From Octopus vulgaris (lineage: Eukaryota), in NCBI GenBank assembly GCA_951406725.2, contig OX597835.1:7440001-7504000 (forward strand): a stretch of DNA of 64,000 nucleotides, in the 5' to 3' direction. How positions within the stretch are numbered: the first letter of the stretch is position 1; each line of letters begins with the position of its first letter. A program made the translations under genes and the position numbers. This document shows, in pieces, positions 42,702 to 53,845 of this stretch. The notes beneath the pieces are model-generated. The model was not told the origin of the DNA. It searched no databases and saw only the letters and a program-made list of their open reading frames with translations.

Positions 42702-43079
42702 GTTAATTAGTTAGTTAGTTAGTTAGTTAATTTTTTGGCTCAAAAAGCAAAAAGCAAGGCCATGTAGGGGGACATGGAGTTATGTACAGGGTTTGTGTTC
42801 ACGTAAAGAGTTCAGGCCACTTGTGGTCAAGGGAGACTTTGAACCGAGCGGTCGTCGGCGTCTTCACTATCTCGTCCGGCAGCTTATTCCACGGATCCGC
42901 CACCCGGACGGAGAAAGGCCCCTCTCCTTCGATTGAGATGAAATCGTCGCAGATAGAGCTTTTCGGAGTGACCCCGCAGCCGACGCTCTGGAGCAGGAGT
43001 GAAGAACAGCTCTTTCGAGAGGTTACACTTTCCACTAATGATGTTGTGAGCAAGAATGAGATCACCACGGCGTCGTCGT
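42702..43079 (-). mobile_element. CR1-type LINE 3' fragment, (CTAA)n tail
   Basis: Same family as 13878-14286 (RRRRGDLI...LRGHSEKL...WNKLP). Confidence 0.93.
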
Positions 43080-43080
43080 A

Positions 43081-43476
43081 TACTCTTTACTCTTTTACTT
43101 GTTTCAGCCATTTGACTGCGGCCATGCTGGAGCACCGCCTTTAGTCGAGCAAATCGACCCCGGGACTTATTCTTTGTAAGCCCAGTACTTATTTTATCGG
43201 TCTCTTTTGCCGAACCGCTAGGTGACGGGGACGTAAACACACCACCATCGGTTGTCAAGCAATGCTAGGGGGACAAACACAGACACACAAACACACATAC
43301 ATATATATATATATACGACAGGCTTCTTTCAGTTTCCGTCTACCAAATCCACTCACAAGACATTGGTCGGCCCGGGGCTATAGCAGAAGACATTTGCCCA
43401 AGATGCCACGCAGTGGGACTGAACCTGGAACCATGTGGTTGGTTAGCAAGCTACTTACCACACAGCCACTCCTGCG
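43081..43476 (-). mobile_element. SINE family B abutting the CR1 truncation point
   Basis: Full-length match. Confidence 0.92.
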
Positions 43477-44746
43477 TATACATGCAGTTATGATTTGTTT
43501 CTGGTTCCTTCAAATGCTAGCAATAAGTGAACCAGTGTTAAATCTATTTGTTTATTCAATGACACAGTGGAGTTCACTAATCTTCTGCAGTAGCCGTGTA
43601 CATTTTTATAGTGAATTTTTCTCTTACCTTTTTTTCTTACACGCGTGACAGTATTCTATCTTCTGCTTACTCGGAAGTCTATTTGTTATTAACTTTACGT
43701 CTGCTCTCAGCAAATCTATTTGTAGTTTTAAAACCACAACAAGTCTTCTGCATAACCACTTTTATATAACAACTTTCAGAAATTATTAATGGCAAGCAGA
43801 AAAGCAGTTTCATAATTTCTTCAATGGAACATAAAGATTTTGCCTCTACAAAAATACATTTGAAGAGAAATACCGATCTTACTCGATGTCATGAAACTTA
43901 AATGTCAACCGAATCATTTATGTAAAACAGGATTTTATCAGGAATAACGTTATCACTGAGAGGGAACCAGTAATATTTATCACATCAATAAAGAAAGAAC
44001 ATCAAAGTGACAAACAGACCTTTCGAAAAGATCAACTGGAAGAAAGTTTAACATCTAACAAGAATGACAAGTAGTTTCATGTCGTAATACGGCATAGAAT
44101 ATATATGTATACGTGTGCTTGTGTGTGTGTATGTTTGTGTGTCTGTGTTTGAACCCCCAGCATCGCTTGGCAATCACGCTGTTGTGTTTACGTCCCCGTA
44201 AATTAGCAGGTCGGCAAAGGAGACCGATAGAATAAGTACTAGGCTTACAAAGAATAAGTTCTGCGGTCGATTTGTTCGACTAAAGGCGTTGCTTCAGCAT
44301 GGTCGCAGTCAAATGACTGAAACAAGTAAAAGAATAAAAACTATTAAGTTTATTTGTATATTAAACATAAATTATAATGCTTAAGGAACTATTCCCTCTC
44401 AACCACTGATTTTTTAATTAATTTTTTATAACCAGACAGTTTGTAACTTCGAATACTTGTAGAATTTCTCACGTGGAACACGGTTTACTCTGAGCGTTTT
44501 CGACAAAATTTCGTATTTTAAAAGTTATTTCGTGGTAAAGTTGTCGTATTTAGTTGAAATTACCCAATGCGACGTGTATTCGGTTGAAGAAAGCTACTGT
44601 TCTTTACGGTAGTAATTGAAGAGGAACAACTTCCGGGTCATCGCTACTAAATGTCACCACTCTGTTCTATTCGTATGGCGAGTGAAGACGATATCACCTT
44701 TATCCTTTCTTCCTTTCTAGTCAGAACTCTGCATTCCTTACTCTTA

Positions 44747-44901
44747 TATCGACCCCAGTGCGTAACTGGTACTTATTTAATCGACCCCGAAAGGATGAAA
44801 GGCAAAGTCGACCTCGCCGGAATTTGAACTCAGAACGTAGCGGCAGACGAGATACCGTTAAGCATTTTGCTTGGTGTGCTAACGATTCTGCCAGCTCGCC
44901 T
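44747..44901 (-). mobile_element. SINE family C, partial
   Basis: Head and central domain. Confidence 0.85.
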
Positions 44902-45481
44902 AACAATGGCAACTATATCGAAAGAGGAAGACAAATCGAATTTTTTTATTATTATTATTATTATATCTTTTGAATTTATAACAAGTTTATAGATTCAACC
45001 GTTTAGCAACTTGAATACAACATTCAAGTAAAAATATATTTGTCAATTAAAGGTGGATATATTGAGAGAAAATTGCATATTGTAATGTAACTTTACAATA
45101 CAACTAAAAAAGAAAGTAGAAAGAACCTGAAAGAAAGGAAAACCGAATAAAATTTTATTATATACCAATATCAAACAAACTTAATTATCAGGCAACTACT
45201 TGTCTATACAATTCTTGGAATCATCTGTGCCAATCCCTTGCTAGTTTTTTAAAATTCATTATCGTTCCTCCAACTTCAATTTCAGTGAGATACAGATTGA
45301 ACTAACCTCTATTTTTATGTTAATATTTACTGGCTCCTTTCAATCGATCGATGAAAACGTTACATCAATTTAAAATAAACAGCTCTCCTCGGAGGCAGAC
45401 GACCATATAGATCTGCAACATACAGGATACACCATTTTTCATCAATACTAGATACTAAAATAATTATGTTGTTTTTCTTTC

Positions 45482-46253
45482 CTAGTTTTGTGGCATTATT
45501 ATTTCTAGAATTCTTATGTTTATGAAAGCGGATCCTATTAATCCTTCTACGAACTCTCGAACTCTCTGTTTGTTTATTGAATATGGTCTCATTATCAGTG
45601 TATCATTAAAGCATGCTCCTCTTATCTCATTCATATCTTTACTATTATTATACACTAGCAGCATAGCCCGGCGTTGCCCGGGCATGTAAGAGCCCCTAGT
45701 AGGCAACGACTAATCCCAATCTAGTACTTTCCCTCTAGGGAACGAAGGCACGTGTGTAGGTTGCAATGTCTTCTCTTCACTCGAATACTTCCGTGTATTT
45801 TTTCTGATGGTAAGGTATTGCATGGAAAACTAACGTCAGAATTAAGTTTCTTAGGGTAACATTAAGCTTCACCATGAGTTTGGTTAAAATCGATTGCAAG
45901 TTGCACAAACTACAACAGAAAATGTGTTGCATATAAAAAGCTTAGATTCTCGACCCCAGTCGAATTTATCGATTTTTTTTCAGAACTGGGGGAACTTTTC
46001 AAAATTTTCGCTGCGTTAGTTTTGAATTATGACATTGGGCTATGTGTGTGTCACGTTTCATCAGAATCGGTTGAAAGCCGTGGTCAGGGTGAGGGTACAA
46101 CCTGACAGACACACAGACAGACAAACTGCCGTTTATATATAGAGAGATATTAGACATTTTACCGTCCTTAGATTCTATATTCTTATTATATATCCTATTC
46201 ATTGATTTCTTAGGCAGTCCTAGTAGGTCTACGTGCTCCACTAGGTCGGCCAT
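45482..46253 (-). pseudogene. Possible Penelope-type GIY-YIG endonuclease C-terminal relic split by a Helitron
   Basis: Removing 45655-46147 joins two ORFs in frame: ..LLGLPKKSMNRIY..SNMYNN..FNDTLIM..RVREFVEGLI..; motif spacing only loosely like GIY-YIG. Confidence 0.35.
45655..46147 (-). mobile_element. Non-autonomous Helitron (type E2)
   Basis: A|TC start, cccgggcaacgccggg hairpin, CTAG|T end, no TSD. Confidence 0.88.
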
Positions 46254-46970
46254 TGCTCCCCTTTACCCTTCTGTTTTCATTACACTTCCTAGTTGGTATC
46301 TAACTTTACGAATTAAAGAAAGCAATCCCCTCGGATGATATCTGAATTTAATCATAGGTTCATTGTTGAATAGTTTTACCATAACCATCTTAGCATTATG
46401 CTAGGAAGAAGCATTATGAGGTTTCTCTTGTATATAAAAGTCCAATATTTTTACGGCTTAGGTTGATTTATCTATCTCCCTTCTCTTACTTGGTTCTTAA
46501 ACCCTTTTCTAAACTTTTAATATTTTAGTATATAAATTTTACTAAGTTTGGATACACATATTTTCTCGTATTTTAATTCCCACACTTACAACGCAGTGTG
46601 ACTCCTTTGTTTTTTCTATTTTAGGCCCCTTTTATTTGATAATCATAATATGTTAAGTCACACCTGTCCTTCCTCCTTCTGGTTATCACCTCTTCTCTAT
46701 ATATCATCTTACTAGCACCTTCTGAAACATAATCTTTTATGTAGATATAGCTGGATTTACGGTCCCAGTAAAATAGAGATAGGAGAGAGTATCTGACGTT
46801 AATTAATCTATCACCACCAAGAAGAGCTTAACTGTCAATTCCCAAATGGATTTAATACATACATACATATATATATGAATGTATGTATGTATGTATGTAT
46901 ATATATATCGCTATGAGCTCCGTGTGGGCAGTCATCTAAAAGTTTTTGTGCATCTTGATGCTGACATAAG

Positions 46971-47074
46971 TTCCTTACTTTTCCTGATGAGAAGGCGGCA
47001 TAATGCACCCCTTATTCCTTCGAAATTAGGAATATGCAGCCTTCGAAACAAATGTCAAAAATAAAATAAAGGAA
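46971..47074 (+). ncRNA. Type I hammerhead-like motif, paralog of 42084
   Basis: CTGATGA GAAGGC...GCCTTC GAAAC aaat GTC; compensatory pair relative to 42084. Confidence 0.8.
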
Positions 47075-47109
47075 TTTTGTTAATTCATCGTTCAACTCCA
47101 TTCTTTCAT

Positions 47110-47140
<31 letters not shown>

Positions 47141-47599
47141 CGAGGAAGGACTCGTATACAAGGCTAAGATCACGGACCCCAACGGAATAGCAAAGACGGA
47201 ATATCAAAGCCTGCTGACGTAACCAAGTTGATGCAGACGGCTTTCTGCAGACGGCTTGGATATTTTGAGAATATCTGCAATCATCCGGGTCGTAAAACGA
47301 GGTTTGATGTTGACTAACTCCATTTTGTCGCAGTTCATCTCAGTTGGTTGGCCAGGGCAAGATGCACCCTGAATAGAAAAATTTCCCGAACGAAACCTTG
47401 AAAGATACTTCTAGCACATATGTTCCGTCAAAGCATACTCTCCATACACAGTGCATATCTTCCTCCAAGTTTCTATCGCTTTTTTATGCTCTTACTTGTT
47501 TTAGTCATTTGACTGCGGCCATGCTGGAGCACCACCTTAATAAATTCTTGACTGTTTTAAAAAATGTCGATAACATTCGTTTTGATTCTCTATTTTCAG

Positions 47600-48175
47600 G
47601 GTAAATCCCAAGCACACAGAATACAATCTATCACATGACTACGTTGAAGTGTCAAGTATCTAACGAGTTCGCATGCGCAAGGGACAGACTGAAGTTAGCT
47701 ACTTATTAGAGTGCTTGACGTTTAGTGTCGACGAAATATGAACTGTCTTTGTGACCAGCTCCCAAACACCTAACCAAGATGCAGTGTTCCGTTGTTATGA
47801 GATAACCTGTATAGACGAGAGACCTTTAATACACCTCACATCTCCAATTATCAGAAATTGATTGACACAAACTTACAAATTTCTGGATGAGATTGCTATG
47901 TTCCTCTTCCAAATATCTCACAAGAGAATTCGATAAAAGCATTGAGTGCTTAACGGAAGCTACTTCATTAAATTTATTGCATATTCATTAATGAAGAGCC
48001 TAAGATATTCTGAGTTCATCGAACGGCAGATGGACAACCCCTTCGTCCACTTCGTTCAGGTTGAAGAAATTGATGCCAACGAAAGATACAGCATCTCGTC
48101 CAGGTAGACAAATATTGCTACGAGATGAAAAACAAACACTACTGAATAATTTTAATATGGTGAAGGAGAAAGAAT
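47600..48175 (+). pseudogene. Highly decayed RTE-type LINE ORF relic
   Basis: Across frameshifts and in RTE order: KYLTS (YLGS), TKM/AVFRC, LYRRETF (LYG.ETW), SIKAL..RKL, PK..YSE, GR..RPLR. Confidence 0.5.
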
Positions 48176-48360
48176 AAAAGTGGTACTCCGTCAGTTACGA
48201 CGACGTGGGTCCCAGTTGATCCGATCTAGGGAAGAGCCTTGTCGTGAAATTAATGTGCAAGTGGCTGAGCACTTCACAAACACATGTACACTTAACGTTT
48301 TTATGTCAGCATATTCTTAATGCCACTAGTGACATGTAACCCAGAACAACTTCTTGCGTG

Positions 48361-48824
48361 GCCAGTTACAATCCGTTACAATCTAGCCAGTTACAATCCG
48401 TTACAATCTAGCCAGTTACAATCCGTTACAATCTAGCCAGTTACAATCCGTTACAATCTAGCCAGTTACAGTCCGTTACAATCTAGCCAGTTACAATCCA
48501 TTACAATCTAGCCAGTTACAATCCGTTACAATCTAGCCAGTTACAGTCCGTTACAATCTAGCCAGTTATACTCCGTTACAATCTAGCCAGTTACAATCCG
48601 TTACAATCTAGCCAGTTACAATCCGTTACAATCTAGCCAGTTACAATCCATTACAATCTAGCCAGTTACAATCCATTACAATCTAGCCAGTTACATTCCG
48701 TTACAATCTAGCCAGTTACAGTCCGTTACAATCTAGCCAGTTACAATCCGTTACAATCTAGCCAGTTACAGTCAGTTACAATCTAGCCAGTTACAATCCG
48801 TTACAATCTAGCCAGTTACAATCT
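48361..48824. repeat. 25-bp minisatellite, 18.5 copies (gccagttacaatccgttacaatcta)
   Basis: Direct count; point variants cluster at unit positions 11-15. Confidence 0.97.
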
Positions 48825-49242
48825 GGTCCGTTACAGTCCATTTTTGTTTCATTTTCTCCGTTTTGTGCGTTTCTGCACCCGTAGATTTCTACTAAGGCAA
48901 CACATAGGTGATGAAGGCAAATTAAGCCCTCACCAGAAAACTCGTTGTACTAAAAATGACATCCAAAGGTCTGATGCACAGAAATATGTTATTAAGACTA
49001 CTTATCTGTGGCATACTAATTTTCTTCACTTTAAGTGATTTCCCAGGTAAACGTTTCTAATAGAAAGACAGAAGACCGAAACAGAAATAAGGAATATGTA
49101 AGCACAGTTAAATATAGAAGTGTAAAGTATAATTTGTTACATAATCTCTATAATAAACATGATGCTGAATGGAATAAGTCCCCGTTAGAACTTTTTAATT
49201 ACATATGTGTGAGAGTGTGTGTGTGTGTGCGTGCGTGTGCGT

Positions 49243-49293
<51 letters not shown>

Positions 49294-49745
49294 TGATGGA
49301 AATCTACGGACGCACAAACGCACAAATCAGAGAAAATGAAACAAATATGGATGACTTGTTCCGAAACACCCCCGAGTGGGGAACAGTTCTCAAAAATAAC
49401 CCCCAATTGTTTACTCCCCCCTCCCCCCCAAAAAATCCTATGTCTCCTGTGTCAGGGTACTACAGAAGCACATGCTTTGCTAAAACTAGAAGTCAAAATA
49501 CCTATGTGATACAGAAGAAGCACACAATTAATGCAGGCATAATTTGCCTATACAGCTGTACGCTTGCGGCCACCAACGATATTATCGTTTGGAATAGTAT
49601 CGTTCTTAAGTAATTTCACTGAATTCGTTTGTTTCAATGGTGCTCGACCACTCAAAGGAATTTACAGGCATGGTAGGGGCAAGGCCTTTCATTGCTTATA
49701 ATCTATACCTGTTTTTTGGGGGTGGGGTTAGACAAACGTGTATTT

Positions 49746-50131
49746 GGGGGAGCACTCCGTTGGTTACGACGACAAGGGTTCCGGTTGATCCGATCAACGG
49801 AACAGCCTGCTCGTGAAATTAACGTGTAAGTGGCTGAGCACTCCACAGACACGTGTACCCTTAACGTAGTTCTCGGGGATATTCAGCGTGACACAGAGAG
49901 TGACAAAGCCGGCCCTTTGAAATACAGCTACAACAGAAACAGGAAGTAAGAGTGAGAGAAAGTTGTAGTGAAAGAGTACAGCAGGGATCACCACCATCCC
50001 CTGCCGGAGCCTCGTGGAGCTTTAGGTGTTTTCGCTCAATAAACACTCACAACGCCCGGTCTGGGAATCGAAACCGCGATCCTACGACCGCGAGTCCGCT
50101 GCCCTAACCACTGGTCCATTGCGCCTCCACT
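49746..50131 (-). mobile_element. SINE family A
   Basis: TSD aaacgtgtattt. Confidence 0.95.
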
Positions 50132-50403
50132 AAACGTGTATTTACTGTATATACATATACGTATTCAAAAACTTTCTTTTCGCATTTCACTTAACATCTA
50201 CGTTCCATGTTGCCATAGATTGCAGAGTTACGTAGAAAGTTGGTATCTCAGCAACTGTAGAAGTTGAAACCTGCGTAATCTAGTCGGCGTTTTTAAATTT
50301 CATTATTTACCGGATATTTCTGGTAGATTACAAAATAAAATCAGCTCTAGTAAAAGAAATAATTTTAATTACATATACTTAATGTATATGTAATTAATAA
50401 TAT

Positions 50404-50664
50404 ATACAGGACGGTACAAAAGTAGGTATACAGTTATGAAAACAGAAAATACGTATGATACTCATTTAGTTTTATCAAAAAAAAAATTAAAAGTTACGAT
50501 AAAATCGCGATTATAGTTATGATAATTGTATTAAACTGATTAATGACACTGAGAATATCAAACATGAAGCTAATTAATTTAATGTGCCAATAATTTTAAT
50601 GAATTAATTATCATAGCATCGATGTGATGCTTACTGTATGCCCACCTTCTGCACCCCACTACGA
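50404..50664. mobile_element. Tc1/mariner-type MITE, degenerate
   Basis: tacaggacggtacaaaagtaggtatacagt versus rc gtagtggggtgcagaaggtgggcatacagt; TA context. Confidence 0.55.
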
Positions 50665-50670
50665 TATATA

Positions 50671-51069
50671 TCTTTATATATAAAAGAGAGGTTGTGTGCT
50701 GTCTGTCTCCTACGATTTAGATTCCTAACTACTCCCACATTTTGCGGTGCAGTTTAACCAAAACCGGGTATCTTATAGTCGTGATTCATATCGAGCCCTT
50801 CTGGGTATTAGCGCGCGTCTACGATGAGTCTAAGATTTCAAAAAAAATACCATCATTTTTTCCATTTTAATGCATTTTTTTCGCTATTATATAAGGGAAG
50901 TAACTCTCTAAAAATGTCTACGATGAGTCAACAATTTAAAAAAAATTTACCATCAGTTGTTTTCCATTATTAATGCATTTTTTTTGCTATTTTTTGGCTA
51001 TAACTCTCTAAAAATGCTTATATAGTTATTTCTCTTACACACCCGAGCAACGCCGGGCGATACTGCTAG
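50671..51069 (+). mobile_element. Non-autonomous Helitron (type E1)
   Basis: A|TC...cccgagcaacgccggg...CTAG|T; near-identical to the 20988 copy. Confidence 0.9.
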
Positions 51070-51317
51070 TATATATATATATATATTTTATTTTATTTAT
51101 TAGGGACTAAAAATTCCGGCATTACAGGGGATCAAATTATTCTCAATGAGGAAATATATATTTTTTTATTTAGAGATAGTAGTCCCTTTCATCACACCAT
51201 ATAAAAGAATTTTAATTTAAATTGATAATTTAATGAGTAGTATGTATTAAATTAAAATTATTTTATATAGTGTGATGATGGGGACTACTATCTCCACATA
51301 ACATATATATATATATA

Positions 51318-51480
51318 GGCGCAGGAGTGGCTGTGTGGTAAGTAGCTTGTTTACCAATCACATGGTCCCGGGTTCAGTCACACTGCGTGGCACCTTGCGC
51401 AAGTGTCTTCTACCATAGCCTCGGGCCGACCAAAGCCTTGTGAGTGGATTTGGTAGACGGAAACTGAAAGAAGCCCGTCG

Positions 51481-51529
<49 letters not shown>

Positions 51530-51738
51530 TTGTGTGTCTGTGTTTGTCCCCCCAACATCGCTTGACAACCGATGCTGGTGTGTTTATGTCTCCGTTACCT
51601 AGCGGTTCGGCAAAAGAGACCGATAGAATAAGTACTGGGCTTACAAAAGAATAAGTCCCGGGGTCGAGTTACTCGATTAAAGGCGGTGCTCCAGCATGGC
51701 CGCAGTCAAATGACTGAAACAAGTAAAAGAGTAAAAGA

Positions 51739-51740
<2 letters not shown>
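51318..51740 (+). mobile_element. SINE family B, full-length reference copy
   Basis: tRNA-like head, CORE-like segment, internal (TA)(TG), tail ending (gtaaaaga)n. Confidence 0.93.
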
Positions 51741-51782
<42 letters not shown>

Positions 51783-51787
<5 letters not shown>

Positions 51788-51945
51788 TCGCCAAGCTAAT
51801 ATGGCAGTCCAGGAAAATAGGACGAATGCCGCCGTTGATTAGCTCCAAGAGGCCATCGCCTCTAGCTAGCAATGACCTCTTGGAGCTAATCAACGGCGGT
51901 ATTCGTCCTATTTCCCTAGACTGTCAGGTTAGCTTGGCAATAACT
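51783..51945. repeat. Fold-back palindrome, about 77-bp arms, beside (TA)n
   Basis: agttatcgccaagctaa ... ttagcttggcaataact. Confidence 0.92.
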
Positions 51946-52210
51946 CTAATACCTAGTACCGCTGCCGTAGTCTGTTTTAGAGAGACTTAGAAATATTAAT
52001 ATATATATATATATATATAAATATATATATATACTATATTAAATGAGAGATAAAACCACTATTAGGCAAATCATACAATAAAAAACTTAAGCCAATACAT
52101 AAGATTAATTAATTTATATTATTTTAAATATATATCAAAATTCTTAAAAAAAGATAATGAGTGTATATATATATATATATATATACACGCGCGCGCACAC
52201 ACACACAAAT

Positions 52211-52241
<31 letters not shown>

Positions 52242-52242
52242 T

Positions 52243-52313
<71 letters not shown>

Positions 52314-52693
52314 CCTCGCGAGAATGTATAATGTTCCTTAATAACGGCCGTGACAAAGCACTGGAATTAAATCTTTAGCGAGATTGTTTATCAGTAAACA
52401 AAAATATATCAGAGCGATTACTCCAGCTTAAGAATGATTCTACTGTCAGTGAATTTACAGTTAGAATCAAGAAATACGTTGTTGTGAATTTGATGATTAC
52501 ATTCTATACTATGTCTAAAAGAAAGGAGACGAAAGTATAATTTGCAACACTAATTCTTAACCGGGGTCCATGTGTATGGCCCTTGGTGGGGGATCCGTAT
52601 TAGATTTTATCGTTAAAATTCATGTGCCATAAATTTGTTATACTTTTACAATACAGAAAATATTTAAACTTTTTATGGAATTCTTATCTTCTG

Positions 52694-53111
52694 ATCTCTT
52701 ACCTGTATCAGTCATTTGACTGCGGCCATGCTGGGGCTCCGTTTTGATAGGTTTTACTCGAACCAATCAACTCCAGGACATTTTTAAAGTTTTGCACTTA
52801 TTCTATCGGTTTCTTTAGCCGACCTGCTAAGTTAAGGGGAGATAAACTAACCAGCCCCAGTTGCCAAGCAGTGGTGGGGGACAAACACAAACACACACAC
52901 ACGTGTATGTGCGTGTGTTTTGTGTGTGTGTGTATGTTTGCGTGTGTGTACTACGTGCTGCCTTCAATTTCCGTCTACTAAATCCACTAACAAGGCTTTG
53001 GTCGGCCCGAGGCTATAGAGGAAAACTCTAGCCCAAGGTGCCACGCAGTGGGACTGAACCCGAAACCATTTATCCTGGAAGCAGGCTTCTGACACACAGC
53101 CACGCCTGCGC
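52694..53111 (-). mobile_element. SINE family B, diverged
   Basis: Aligns to the 51318 copy. Confidence 0.85.
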
Positions 53112-53411
53112 ATTAATAACATTTAATAAAATGTAAAGTACAGCAAGATCTTTACATACATACATGTGTGTGTGTGTGTGCGTGTGTGTGTATGTGTGTG
53201 TGCGTACTTGTGTGTATGTATTTTCCGGTGTGTGCGTATATACTCCACCACGCTACCGCATCACCGGAAAATAAGTTCTCGTGTCTGAGATCAATAGACC
53301 AATTGAGTAAACGCACTAATAACGTACCTATAATGACTACTGGAAACAACTGTAAGCCTAATTTGTTCTAATAAAAGAAACATATGTAACGCCCATTACT
53401 TATACCTTGCC

Positions 53412-53452
<41 letters not shown>

Positions 53453-53554
53453 GGAGTAAACACATAAATATGAAACAAGGTGGAAAAAAGAGTACTTAAA
53501 TACCAGTGGTAGAGTAATATGCTTTATTTAAAGCTGCAGAAAATTCAACCAAAC

Positions 53555-53592
53555 CTGTTACTCTGAGTTTCACGTTCCCATTCGTCGGACAG
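53555..53592 (-). ncRNA. Type I hammerhead-like motif (left arm of inverted pair)
   Basis: rc ctgt CCGACGA ATG ggaa CGT GAA ACT cag AGT A acag. Confidence 0.72.
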
Positions 53593-53605
53593 TTTTTGCT
53601 AGAAT

Positions 53606-53643
53606 CTGTCCGACGAACGGGAACGTGAAACTCAGAGTAACAG
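53606..53643 (+). ncRNA. Type I hammerhead-like motif (right arm of inverted pair)
   Basis: ctgt CCGACGA ACG ggaa CGT GAA ACT cag AGT A acag; all three helices pair. Confidence 0.75.
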
Positions 53644-53676
53644 GTTTTGTTGAATTTTCTGCTGCTTTAAATAAAG

Positions 53677-53708
<32 letters not shown>

Positions 53709-53810
53709 TAATAAGTTAATCCAAACAATACAAAGAGAAAACACAACAATGCAAGGACGTGGAACAAATATAGTATTATTGGACGCTCAGGAAGGAAGGG
53801 AAGAAGGAGG

Positions 53811-53845
53811 GTTTAACGTTTTGAGTGGGGCTCTTCGTCAGAAAC
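53811..53845 (-). ncRNA. Minimal hammerhead-like motif, mutated (20039 family)
   Basis: rc gttt CTGACGA a GAGC ccc ACTC aAAA cg TT aaac; flanks 53702-53880 match 20005-20180. Confidence 0.6.

Noticed and set aside
47581-48107. Apparent exon with tttcag acceptor and aggtag donor
   Set aside because: Several in-frame stops; better explained as an RTE relic.
48361-48824. CRISPR-like regular array
   Set aside because: Head-to-tail repeats without unique spacers, no cas genes, eukaryotic context.
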